A stretch of 63,272 bases of DNA, the filler included, from Octopus bimaculoides (Eukaryota): the NCBI RefSeq assembly GCF_001194135.2. It is 9 parts of 7 records of this genome, joined end to end, with 100 filler letters (N's around TTAATTAATTAA, not from the genome) between each part and the next. Parts side by side here need not be neighbours in the genome. Positions count along the whole stretch, not along the records: positions 1 to 7,553 come from NC_069003.1; positions 7,654 to 20,828 come from NC_068986.1; 7 more parts are not named here. One strand, 5' to 3'. This document shows, one piece after another, positions 1 through 11,390 of the stretch. The first letter of the stretch is position 1. Each line of letters begins with the position of its first letter. Position numbers and translations under genes: made by a program. The notes under the pieces are model-generated. The model did no database searches, had not been told where the DNA came from, and saw only the letters and a list, made by a program, of their open reading frames with translations.

Positions 1-6
1 AAACAT

Positions 7-405
7 AGGCGCAGGTGTGGCTGTGTGGTAAGTAGCTTGCTTACCAACCACATGGTTCTGGGTTTAGTCCCACTGCGTGGCACCTTGGGCAAGTGTCTTC
101 TACTATAGCCTTGGGTCAACCAAAGCCTTGTGAGTGGATTTGGTAGACGGAAACTGAAAGAAGACTGTTGCATATATGTGTATATTTGTGTATGTGTGTG
201 CCTGTGTCTTGTGTTTGTACCCCCACCATTGCTTGACAACTGATGTTGCTGTGTTTACATTCCTGTAACTTAGCGGTTTCGTAAAAGACACTGACAGAAT
301 GAGTACTAGGCTTACAAAGAATAAATCATGTGCTTGATTTCTTCGACCAATGACTGTGCTCCACCATGGCCGCAGTCACATGACTGAAACAAGTAAAGCA
401 ATAAA
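7..405 (+). mobile_element. tRNA-derived SINE, family B (full length)
   Basis: Head GGCGCAGGTGTGGCTGTGTGGTAAG with B-box-like GGTTTAGTCCC, internal (TG)n, 3' end GACTGAAACAAGTAAA. Same sequence recurs at 4818, 13163, 26608, 28475, 29085 and 47845. Confidence 0.85.
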
Positions 406-424
406 AATCTATGCCATTTTAATT

Positions 425-452
425 CCGAGCAAGGCCAGGTATCTCTGCTAGT
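425..452 (+). mobile_element. possible 3' terminus of a non-autonomous Helitron
   Basis: CCGAGCAAGGCCAGGTATCTCTG-CTAG|T: degenerate GC-rich subterminal motif followed by CTAG and a T target base. Confidence 0.3.
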
Positions 453-511
453 ATATAAATAATACTCTATGTATCTAATATCGAGGTCACATTCTTTTGT
501 TGGTACTTTTA

Positions 512-2875
512 ATGGGAGAAAGAGAGTCTGCCAAATGTCGACCCAACAGAGGGACCAGCTATCCGAGTTGACAGTTCCATGGTAGATAAAGTAATTATGA
601 GTATGAAGACAGGGAAAGCCCCCGGCCCATCAAGAATCACTGCAGAGATGCTCAAAATATCTGGCAGTGTTGGCTATAGCCTAGTCACCCATATTGTTAA
701 CCAGGTGGTACACGAAGGAGTCATACCCAATGACTCGTGTAGCAGTACCATAGTCAACTGTTACAAAGGTAAAGGTGACGCCTTAGATACAAATAATTAC
801 AGAGGTATCAAGTTGTTGGATTAGGTAATGAAAGTCACGGAGAAGGTCATAGCCCAACTAATTAGGGAGCGAGTCAGCTTAGATGAGATGCAGTCTGGGT
901 TCATGCCAGGGAAAAGCACCATTGATGCTATATTTCTGGTAAGACGGCTGCAGGAGAAATACCTAGCCAAGGATAAACCTCTGTACTTGGCTTTCGTTGA
1001 CATGGAGAACACCTTTAACAGGGTTCCCCGATCCCATATCTGGTGGTCAATGAGGAAACTAGGGATAGAAGAATGGTTAGTGAGACCTGTGCGAGCCATG
1101 TACAGAGACGCTGTCAGTAAGATGAAGGTTGGCAATGAGTACAGTGAAGAATTCCGGGTAGAGGTAGGGGTCCACCAAGGTTCTGTCCTCAGCCCCCTCC
1201 TATTTATCATTGTCCTCCAGGCAATAACAGAGGAATTCAAGACAGGATGCCCCTGGGAGCTCCTCTATGCTGATGACCTTGCACTAATTGCCAAATCACT
1301 ATCAGAACTAGAGGTGAAGTTTCAGGTGTGGAAGCAGGGACTAGAATCGAAGGGCCTTAGGTTCAACTTAGCTAAAACCAAAGTCCTAATAAGTAGTAAG
1401 GCACACAAACCACAAATCCCTTCAGGTAGATGGCCCTGCTCGATCTGTAGAAAAGGTGTAGGTAGAAACTCTATAAGATGTATCCAGTGTAAGCTATGGA
1501 CACATAAGAGGTGCAGCAATATCAAAGGCAGGTTAACTACGAAGTTAGATTTTGTATGTGGCAGATGTTCAGGTGCAATAAACACTGAAAATATGCAGAA
1601 AACAACTTCTGTCTCATTCCAGGGAGAAAAACTAGAGGTAGTCGATAGCTTCCGCTATCTGGGTGACCAAGTTAGTAGTGGGGGTGGGTGCGCTGAAAGT
1701 GTAGCTGCTAGAATAAGAATAGCCTGGGCAAAGTTCAGAGAGCTCTTACCACTGCTGCCGACAAAGGGCCTCTCGCTCAGAGTAAAAGGCAGACTGTATG
1801 ACACGTGTACGAACAGCCATGCTACATGGCAGTGAAACATGGGCCGTGACTGCTGAGGACATGCGTAAGCTTGCAAGGAATGTAGCCAGTATGCTCCGAT
1901 GGATGAGTAATGTCAGTGTGCATACCCAACAGAGTGTAGGTATCTTGAGAGAACAGTTGAACCTAAGAAGCATCAGTTGTGGTGTGCAAGAGAGACGATT
2001 GCGCTGGTATGGACATGTGGCGAGAATGGATGATGATAGCTGCGTGAAAAAGTGCCACACCCTAGCGGTTGAGAGAACCCGTGGAAGAGGCAGGNNNNNN
2101 NNNNNNNNNNNNNNNNNNNNNNNNNNNNNNNNNNNNCCAGGAAGACCTGGGATGAGGTGGTGAAGCACGACTTCCAAACTTTAGGCCTCACCGAGGCAAT
2201 GACTTCTGACCGAGACCTTTGGAAATATGCTGTGCGTGAGAAGACCCGGCAAGTCAAGTGAGACCAAAATTCAAGGCCTCTGCCAGAGCCAGGGATAGAC
2301 CAAAATCCAAGGCGTTGCCAGGGATGTAGCCAGCCCACTTATGCGTAACATTCCTTCTTTGGATATTAAACTCCGCTTGCGAAGACCTGTTAAGGCAAGT
2401 GAAATCGAAATCGAACAAAATTTGTAGACTGGCACCCATGCCAACGTCTTCATTGAACACTAAACTCTGCTTGCGAAGACCTGTTGGGGCAAGCGAAAGC
2501 GAAATCGTGATGGCACCAGTACCAGTAACTCACTAAGAGCACTGTCTGAGCGTGATCGTTGCCAGAGCACCAGCTGCCTGGCTTCGTGCCAGTGGCACGT
2601 AAATAGCACCATTTGAGCGTGACCGTTACCAACGTTGCCTTCCTGGCACTCGTGCCAGTGGCATGTGAAAAGACATTCAAGCGAGTTCGTTGCCAGTCCC
2701 ACTGGACTGGCTCCTGTGCAGGTGGCACCTAAAATACACCATTTCGAGCGTGACCGTTGCCAGTATCCCATGACTGGCCTTCGTGCCAGTGGCACGTAAA
2801 AGCACCCACTACACTCTCTGAGTGGTTGGCGTTAGGAAGGGCATCCAGCTGTAGAAACTCTGCCAAATCAGATTG
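512..2875 (+). mobile_element. RTE-clade LINE, 5'-truncated and decayed (RT, PHD finger, 3' UTR)
   Basis: RT motifs KAPGPS, GFMPGKST, LAFVDME, GVHQGSVLSPLLF, LYADDL, YLG and ERRLRWYGHV. In-frame TAG at 822-824 where copy 2 has CAG. Frameshift near 1800. Modular 3' UTR runs into an N gap. Confidence 0.93.
579..2260 (+). pseudogene. RTE reverse transcriptase remnant with C4HC3 (PHD-like) finger at 1437-1568
   Basis: ORFs 579-824, 828-1835 and 1798-2163 are consecutive pieces of one RTE ORF. Finger spacing is C-x2-C-x10-C-x2-C-x4-H-x2-C-x14-C-x2-C. Confidence 0.88.
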
Positions 2876-3441
2876 NNNNNNNNNNNNNNNNNNNNNNNNN
2901 NNNNNNNNNNNNNNNNNNNNNNNNNNNNNNNNNNNNNNNNNNNNNNNNNNNNNNNNNNNNNNNNNNNNNNNNNNNNNNNNNNNNNNNNNNNNNNNNNNNN
3001 NNNNNNNNNNNNNNNNNNNNNNNNNNNNNNNNNNNNNNNNNNNNNNNNNNNNNNNNNNNNNNNNNNNNNNNNNNNNNNNNNNNNNNNNNNNNNNNNNNNN
3101 NNNNNNNNNNNNNNNNNNNNNNNNNNNNNNNNNNNNNNNNNNNNNNNNNNNNNNNNNNNNNNNNNNNNNNNNNNNNNNNNNNNNNNNNNNNNNNNNNNNN
3201 NNNNNNNNNNNNNNNNNNNNNNNNNNNNNNNNNNNNNNNNNNNNNNNNNNNNNNNNNNNNNNNNNNNNNNNNNNNNNNNNNNNNNNNNNNNNNNNNNNNN
3301 NNNNNNNNNNNNNNNNNNNNNNNNNNNNNNNNNNNNNNNNNNNNNNNNNNNNNNNNNNNNNNNNNNNNNNNNNNNNNNNNNNNNNNNNNNNNNNNNNNNN
3401 NNNNNNNNNNNNNNNNNNNNNNNNNNNNNNNNNNNTATATA

Positions 3442-3656
3442 TGGGGGGAGGGCTGAAAAGTTCCTGGCTTTGGGTAAAAAAAAAACACAGGAGGATCAGT
3501 TATGATTTTATTCAACATATTTCCCTCTCAGATTCACACACTTATTGCAGCAGTCCTTCAGTTTTTCTAAGCCTTGTAAAAGAACTCAGAAAGTTGGGCC
3601 TCCAACTAGGCCTTTCACAATACCCTTAAAGCCAAAAAATTTTCAGCACTCCCTTG
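3442..3656 (-). mobile_element. mariner-derived MITE (about 215 bp)
   Basis: Imperfect TIRs (GGGGGGAGGGCTGAAAAGTTCCTGGCTTT versus reverse complement CAAGGGAGTGCTGAAAATTTTTTGGCTTT) and TA flanks. Minus strand encodes LQGLEKLKDCCNKCVNLRGKYVE*, typical of a mariner transposase C-terminus. Confidence 0.8.
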
Positions 3657-3880
3657 TATGTATATCTATATCTGTCTGTCTATATATATATATATGTATA
3701 TATAGAGTATTCGGGCTCAATTTGACAACATTTTTTGTCTCCTTTTTTCAGGAACAGCTCGATGCATTAGCAAACGGTCAATGGCATTGGAGAGCATAAA
3801 GAAGTTGTGTTGAGAAAAAGTTAGCTGACATGGAGTACTAGAAACCATCTATATATTGAAAAACAGTTATCTGTATCCTG

Positions 3881-4078
3881 ATGATTCAAGCCAGGAATCA
3901 AGATGCCAATATCATGACTGCTGCAAGATACGATATGGACAGCTGCACTGGAGACTACATAGCTGTGGCTAGCAAGAAAAGACACAACAGGTGTTGTGAC
4001 TGCATCTGCATACTGGAATTTATCCCCACATCCTTGAACTTGGCCACAGTGGAAGCTGAATGCTGCTACTTTCACTAA
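3881..4078 (+). pseudogene. possible decayed Tc1/mariner transposase N-terminal fragment
   Basis: DMDSCTGDYIAVASKKRHNRCCDCICILEFI resembles N-terminal regions of invertebrate Tc1/mariner transposases. Recognised from memory only. Confidence 0.3.
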
Positions 4079-4539
4079 ACTGTTATCTCCCAGCCATAAT
4101 CTAGTTAGTACTCTTTAATTTTTTAAAATAGTGTTATATTTGGATGAGATATTGTTTTTTTCCTGTTATGCAAGCTGTAAATTTAGCCTCAACACTACGA
4201 GTGCATGCATGTATATATAACCCAAGTGAAATCGTAGTCGTGACCAGTGACATTCAAAAGGCACTTGTGCCAGTGACAAATAAATGGCATCCATGCTGGT
4301 GACACATGAAAGGCACCCACTACACCTTTTGGAGGGGTCGGTTAAGAAACCTCCCAGCCACACAGCCATGCCTACTTCGTATAATTCATAAAATAGATTT
4401 GAAGAGATGGGAGATGAAGGAGATGGAAAGGAAAAAGTAAAAGAAAAAGTATAGAGGGAGGGGAGGGAAATGTAAAAGGAGGAGTAAAAGAGAGACAGGG
4501 AAGGGACATGAAATGAGAGCCTTAAACAAGACACTTTAC

Positions 4540-4634
4540 CTGTGATGGTGATACTGCCTGTAGAAAAGACCTTTAGTGTGGCCTTGAGATTTTTGATCTT
4601 GAAGGTGACACCTGGATGGAGTTCTGGTTCATAG
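4540..4634 (-). CDS. TBPL1: internal coding exon of TBP-like protein 1 (TRF2/TLF), second half of the core domain
   Basis: Polypyrimidine tract + TTTCCAG acceptor, 95-nt exon, G|GTAAAG donor. Encodes (S)YEPELHPGVTFKIKNLKATLKVFSTGSITIT(G). ELHP and FSTGSIT match TBPL1/TRF2 rather than TBP (ELFPG, FVSGKV). Confidence 0.92.
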
Positions 4635-4723
4635 CTGGAAATAGAGAGAAATAGAGGACAGTGGAAGGATGGATGGATACATACATACACACACACATAT
4701 ATACAATGCATATATACATACAT

Positions 4724-4762
<39 letters not shown>

Positions 4763-4817
4763 GGAGAGAGAGAGAGAGAGAAAGAGAGAAAGTCATGGCA
4801 AAAATTGCTTCAAACAT

Positions 4818-4989
4818 AGGCGTAAGAGTGGCTACGTGGTAAGTAGCTTGCTTACCAACCACATGGCTCCAGGTTCAGTCCCACTGCATGGCACCTTGGG
4901 CAAGTGTCTTCTACTATAGCCTCGGGCCGACCAAAGCCTTGTGAGTGGATTTGGTAGACGGAAACTGAAAGAAGCCCGTCGTATGTATG

Positions 4990-5054
<65 letters not shown>

Positions 5055-5245
5055 TTTCCCCCCAACATCGCTTGACAGCCGATGCTGGTGTTGTTATGTC
5101 CCCGTAACTTAGTGGTTCGGCAAAAAAGACCGATAGAATAAGTACTAGGCTTAGAAAGAATAAGTCCTGGGGTTGATTTGCTTGACTAAAGGTGGTGCTC
5201 CAGCATGGCCACAGTCAAATGACTGAAACAAGTAATAGAGTGAAC
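4818..5245 (+). mobile_element. tRNA-derived SINE, family B (full length)
   Basis: Homologous to 7-405. B box GGTTCAGTCCC, internal (TA)n(TG)n. Confidence 0.85.
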
Positions 5246-5904
5246 ATCTTCACCATTACATGAAACAACAAAGGGAGGTAAATATCCAGCAATATCAACA
5301 ACTGGAGTAAATGACAAACATGTAAGAAAGGATATCTGAACATGTGTGTATGTATGTATGTATGTATGCATGCTAGTGTGTGCATATGTTTGCATGTACA
5401 TGTGTGCAAGAGTGTGTACATGCAAGCATGTGTGTGTATGTGTGCAAGCATGTGTTTGTGTGTTCATGTGTGGAAACGTGTGCATATATATTTGTGTGTA
5501 TATGGGTACATGATGAGTGCATGCAAGTGAAAAATTTCACTGGATGTGTGTATGCATGCAAGTGTATGTGTAGTTATGTGTAAAAATGTGCATACATTTC
5601 TGTGCATGAGTGGATATATAAGTGTGTTCACGTGTATTTATATGCAAGTGTGTTCAAACATTTTATGCAAACGCATGCGTCACTTTGTAGAGGAAAGAGG
5701 ATTAAATGTTTTAACTGTTTCTATCATGCCCTCCCCTGTTATTTTCACAACCACTTAACCTAAACAACTAAAAAAGAACGTTTTAGATTGGTTCAAATAT
5801 TTGACCTGTAAAAGGGCCATTTCCACTGTGGTTCGCCATGGAGTAAAGTCCTCACTTTAGACAATTGGCAAAAAAACAAGTCATTTCAGAGATCCCCCTG
5901 TGAA

Positions 5905-5945
5905 CTGATGAATGCATTTCAAGCCTCTTTGCTATCGTCAGTCAA
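5905..5945 (-). ncRNA. degenerate hammerhead-like motif
   Basis: Minus strand reads CTGACGA-T-AGC-AAAGAG-GCT-T-GAAA-TGCA-T. Core boxes and a palindromic stem III (ATGCAT) are present, but the stem II closing pair is mismatched and stem I is poor. Confidence 0.35.
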
Positions 5946-6271
5946 TATATTCCAAATATAGTTTCAAAAAAAAATTAAGCAAATGGGTGGGGACAACAGA
6001 ACACTCCACAAGACGGAAACTGCTTTCTCTGAGCCATAAACAACAAAACATAACTGATCAACAAACTGTTCTGTAATTTAACGATAAATCATGATGGACA
6101 CAAGCAGATTAAGAATTTCATTTGGTAACTTCATAGTTCCATGTTCTATCCCAGATTGTCTTCTATAGTAAAATACACTTTAGGCAGTGTTTTATACAAA
6201 GCTTTGACCATCCCTTGTTAATAAATTTTGAGAAATTGAAACTGTACTAAATCGAATCGTTTGTGATCATT

Positions 6272-6450
6272 TAATGCTCATTTTCCATGCTGGCATGGGC
6301 TGAAAGGCTATAAGATCCAGTGAGGCTGCACTAAGCTCCAATGCCAGCTTTGGCATGGTTCCTACAGCTGGATGCCCTTCCTAATACCAACCACTTTAAA
6401 GTGTATTGGGTGCTTTTTTTTGTGACACTAGCACCAGTGAGGTTGCCAAG
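6272..6450 (-). mobile_element. RTE-type 3' tail fragment (non-autonomous)
   Basis: Reverse complement matches the terminal part of the RTE 3' UTR (AGCACCCA...AGGAAGGGCATCCAGCTGTAG...CCCATGCCAGCATGGAAAA). Followed by a purine-rich tract to about 7240. Confidence 0.65.
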
Positions 6451-7553
6451 TTACTTGCAAAGCAGAAAAAGACAAGAGGTACCAGCTGTGGAATGAGGGG
6501 AGTATTATTTGAGAGGGGAAGTTGGCTATATGCCAGGAACCGAAACGCTAAATTGGATAAGTACAGGTGTTTTCTTATAAAGGAGGTACATGACTGTCCC
6601 ACATAACATAAGAATAGGTACAAGTAGATGGGAAGGAGATAAAGATGGAAGTGATGGGGTACTAGAGCAAATTCTCAAGGTACGAGGAGGTGAGAAAGAG
6701 AGAACATGGACAGTGGGTCAGAGAAGAGTAGTGGGTACTTTCTTAAGAGTATGATGGAAGGTAACAGATAGGGCAGAGGTGAATGTAGGGAATGATGAAG
6801 AGGGGTGGATGTGAAGCTGATGAGAAATATCAGTATGGAAAGTAGGTAAGATGAGACAGAAATGGCTCAGGGAGGATAGATGATAAGGTAGATGTGCAAA
6901 GTGTAGGAGTGGTGAGGAGGAAAAGTGTAGGAATGCATAAGGATGACTATACTGAATGGGGTGTGATGGCAGACATGTGGTGTTGAGAATGATAGCACAC
7001 TTGTGAGTTGTTATAAAGGAATAAGACAGGAAGGAGATAACTGTAGGAACAGAGAGATAGATTAGTGAAAACAATGTGGGTGGGGAAGGAAGGATAATGA
7101 GATAAGGAATGGAAATGGTGCCAGTAGAAGAGGGGAGTAGTAGTGCAAAAAAAAATGGGAGGAGTAATATGTGCTGATTCTGCCCTTAAGTGATTACAGG
7201 CATTAAATAGTGCTATAGACAAGAATGATGGAGGGCTGCNNNNNNNNNNNNNNNNNNNNNNNNNNNNNNNNNNNNNNNNNNNNNNNNNNNNNNNNNNNNN
7301 NNNNNNNNNNNNNNNNNNNNNNNNNNNNNNNNNNNNNNNCGAACATGAGTTATATTTTACTGAATGATTGTGTATTTGCACGTGTATGCATTTGAGAGAG
7401 CAAGAGAGGAAGAGGTAGAGAGGGGGAGAGAAGGGAATAGAGGTAGTTAAAAGTTTTCTTATGACAGCTTCTCTTCACTGCCTTTTACTTCATTAGAAAT
7501 CTGCGGATGCACATAAGCACATAATAGAGAAAAATTAAACAAATATGGACGAC

Positions 7554-7653
7554 NNNNNNNNNNNNNNNNNNNNNNNNNNNNNNNNNNNNNNNNNNNNTTA
7601 ATTAATTAANNNNNNNNNNNNNNNNNNNNNNNNNNNNNNNNNNNNNNNNNNNN
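7554..7653. other. artificial scaffold-joining spacer
   Basis: 44 N + TTAATTAATTAA (stops in all six frames) + 44 N. Confidence 0.95.
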
Positions 7654-7839
7654 ATCGTCGTCATCACACCAAATCCACCAACGCTGTCATCAGTACGACC
7701 ACCAACACAACCTCCACCATGCCCAACCCCTGCCATCACCACCGCCACTACCCCACCCCCACCCCCACTACCGCCTCGCAATATTTAAAAGTACATTCGT
7801 TTCTTCGTTTATTATACACGTTATCCCTTAGATAGGTCC

Positions 7840-8106
7840 CCATATACGGAGAACAATTGTATAGTACGTAGGATGAATCCACAGGTTAACTGTACAGTTA
7901 GGAATATAGTGTGTAACTTACGATGTACTGAGGGACGGTGCAGAAACATGACAGCTACTTACAGTGGAGAGACAGCACGCAGCATAGTGGAACGTATATG
8001 TAAACACTGGCGGGATCTCAAAGATCTCCAACTTCCTCCCCCTCTATCTCTTAATATACCCGTAGTTAATGCGCAATACTATAAATTGCAACACCATCCA
8101 GTTTAA
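7840..8106 (+). pseudogene. Penelope-like GIY-YIG endonuclease remnant
   Basis: CTVRNIVCNLRCTEGRCRNMTATYSGETARSIVERICKHWRDLK fits the PLE GIY-YIG layout (NIVY..C..C...YIGET.R....R..EH). Confidence 0.6.
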
Positions 8107-10104
8107 ATTTGTATTATTTTTTAATCTTTGCCTGAAGTATTACGGATAAAAGATTCTCCGCATTTCTTTTACATGTATTCCATTGCAACTCCTATCCTGT
8201 AATGAAACACTTGTAACATGGAATTAACAATATACCAGATATCTGTTTTGTTTTACACACACGCGCAGACACACACAGACACATGCACACACACATATGT
8301 ACATATATATATATTTAAACACATGAGAGAGATGTCCATAATAGGACATCTAACCCGCTAGAAGGAGCAGTCAAAACTCCAAACCACAATTAGGGATAAT
8401 TTCGAAAGGGAATGAAAAATAAAAACATTTACCATTTTCCGGACCTTGTATTTATATGAATAATATTAGTTTATTGACTAGTTTTTTTCTCTCGCTAGAC
8501 CACTGGTAGCAAATAGAATTTCTAAAACTTTTCAGTACCCTGAGATTTATTAATATATATATATATGTACGGTAGCAAATCTTCCTTTATCGCTAATCAG
8601 TAATTTACTTCTCTAGCATTTTAACACCTTTGTCTTAAGCGATAATTCTTTCTCTAACGAACTGCAGTAAAAAATCTTTACAGGTCCAACTGCCTCTCAC
8701 ACATATTTTGACTGATATGCAGTATGCACACTTTTCACCATCACTTCGCCCATCATGTCACGTTTGCACACACACGCACACGCACAAACACAAACGAATA
8801 TATATACATATATGCTTAAATACATACATACATACAGTTAGACATGATGGAGTTCTAGAGTTTGCGTTCAAAAAAATTCATTCGCATGTTATTGGTCAGC
8901 CAACAGTTGATAATTCATAGAAAGTTGTATAGATTAGGAAATGTATGGTGATAGATAATTCTACAACCAACAGCTGCTTCGTTTCCTGTCCAAATGCATT
9001 TGAGATTACATTTAGAGAGTTCTCATATCTATTTTCATTTCCGCTTCTTTGAATTTCTTGAAAACTAGCCTCATTCCCGTTAGTCACATTGATCTTGTTT
9101 GTGTTTAATGCTTGTTTTTTTCTTCTTCTTCTTTATACAGCTTTCTCGACGGTAACATAGTCTGAGGAGAATTATACGCTCCAGTGATATCTCGAAGCAT
9201 TCTCTAGATATGCATAAAAGTTTGGGTTTTTTTTATTATGAGGGGAGAATAGCGTTTGAGATTTTGATGCGCTTCCCAAACACAAACAGCAAGCTACATG
9301 AATTGAAACGTTTTCAAATGTGAGTAAAAATGGTTAAAACAGCTTCCGCTAGCCAAGAGCCAATAATCGCCCCTTCAAGCCTGATATCTACGGATGTTCA
9401 CAGCTATATATACAATCACAAATATTCAAATACATGTGTACATACATACATGCACGGAAGCATGCACACGTAGATATGGACACACGTACATGCGGAATCA
9501 CGCATACACATAGGCATATGTACATGCATAAACAAAAATAAACGGAAAGCAGCATACTCACAGATATATGCAGACATATGTACGCACCGAATCACTCTCA
9601 CATACACACACACACGCATATACACACACATACAGGAACATACATACATACACACGCATACACACACACGCAAACACACACACACACACATACCGAAGGC
9701 CCCCCCCCACACACATACACGCATATACACGGAAGCACCACACACACACGCACACGCACACTTGCATACAACACATAAATATATACATTTATCTGTGCCT
9801 GTTTGTTAAATAGTTAATTTGATAGCTTGTTAGCGCGTTTCGTGTTTAATTGTTCATATTTTCCATCAGCCAATGAGGTTCCTTTCATGATAGAAGAGAA
9901 AATATATTAGATAGTCTAAAAACTAGGTTCTCAGCTTTTTTTTTTTTTGTTTTTGCCTTTCGACCCCCTTTCGCTCCTATTTTATTCTGCTGGATCCCTG
10001 TTTAGAAGATCATATAATATTAGTTTCAAATTTTGGCCCAGTAAGTTCGAGGGAGTGGGGTAAGTCAATTACATCGATTCCAGTGTTTAATTTGTACTTA
10101 TTTT

Positions 10105-10319
10105 ATTCATTCCTACTCTGGGAACAAGGCCAAAATTTGGGGAATGGGGCCAGTCGATTAGATCGACCCCAATACGCAACTAGTACTTAATTTATCGACC
10201 CCGAAAGGATAAAAAGCAAAGTCGACGTCGGTTGAATTTGAACTCAGAACATAAGGACAGACGAAATGCCGCTAAACATTTCACCCGGCGTGCTAACGTT
10301 TTTGCCAGTTCGCTGCCTT
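10105..10319 (-). mobile_element. tRNA-derived SINE, family A variant
   Basis: Shares the core GGCAGAA..CGTTAGCACGCCGGG..GTTCTGAGTTCAAATT..GTCGACTTTG..TTTCGGGGTCGATAAATTAAGTAC with 11476 and 62240. Confidence 0.8.
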
Positions 10320-11390
10320 GATCCTATAATGTTAAATATTGTTAGAAAATGTGTACATATATCATTTACTTATTTCAACCGGAATATGTGGCCATTCTGG
10401 GGCACTGCCACTGTTTTATGTTCGTTTATTTCATTTCCATGACCCTCAATCCGTATTTGGTTTTCGTGAAGGCAGAAGTTGGAAACGACGCCCCTTCATG
10501 CGTATCTTGTCGAAATATGACTTCATCCGATGTCTCAGAAAAAAAATTGTGGGAACGTTTTTTTGAATACATCCACATCTACATCATATAGGTCTCTGAT
10601 GTTTATTTGTTTATTCATTGCAAGATATTGGAAGTGTGTGTGTCCTGGAACCGTTACATATTACTGTATTACGTCTTCACTCTAGACGCAGAGACTTCCA
10701 GTCGGGTGGAGACACTTCACATAATATACGTACATGCGTGGCGTGCACAGACACACACATATATATGTATATATGTATATATNNNNNNNNNNNNNNNNNN
10801 NNNNNNNNNNNNNNNNNNNNNNNNNNNNNNNNNNNNNNNNNNNNNNNNNNNNNNNNNNNNNNNNNNNNNNNNNNNNNNNNNNNNNNNNNNNNNNNNNNNN
10901 NNNNNNNNNNNNNNNNNNNNNNNNNNNNNNNNNNNNNNNNNNNNNNNNNNNNNNNNNNNNNNNNNNNNNNNNNNNNNNNNNNNNNNNNNNNNNNNNNNNN
11001 NNNNNNNNNNNNNNNNNNNNNNNNNNNNNNNNNNNNNNNNNNNNNNNNNNNNNNNNNNNNNNNNNNNNNNNNNNNNNNNNNNNNNNNNNNNNNNNNNNNN
11101 NNNNNNNNNNNNNNNNNNNNNNNNNNNNNNNNNNNNNNNNNNNNNNNNNNNNNNNNNNNNNNNNNNNNNNNNNNNNNNNNNNNNNNNNNNNNNNNNNNNN
11201 NNNNNNNNNNNNNNNNNNNNNNNNNNNNNNNNNNNNNNNNNNNNNNNNNNNNNNNNNNNNNNNNNNNNNNNNNNNNNNNNNNNNNNNNNNNNNNNNNNNN
11301 NNNNNNNNNNNNNNNNNNNNNNNNNNNNNNNNNNNNNNNNNNNNNNNNNNNNNNNNNNNNNNNNNNNNNNNNNNNNNNNNNNNNNNNNNA

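Noticed and set aside
512-580. Both RTE copies truncated within about 60 nt of the same point
   Set aside because: Two copies are too few, and this is compatible with ordinary 5' truncation.
2868-3629. Long ORFs spanning N runs (also 10607-11536, 24052-24984, 50652-51420 and others)
   Set aside because: Open only because N codons are not stops.
3875-3900. CTGATGA/CTGAAGA matches here and at 11735, 14473, 28813, 34633 and 60374
   Set aside because: No stem II closed directly before a GAAA and no stem I.
7598-7609. Recurrent TTAATTAATTAA as a biological palindrome
   Set aside because: Always centred in exactly 44 + 44 N, so it is an assembly linker.
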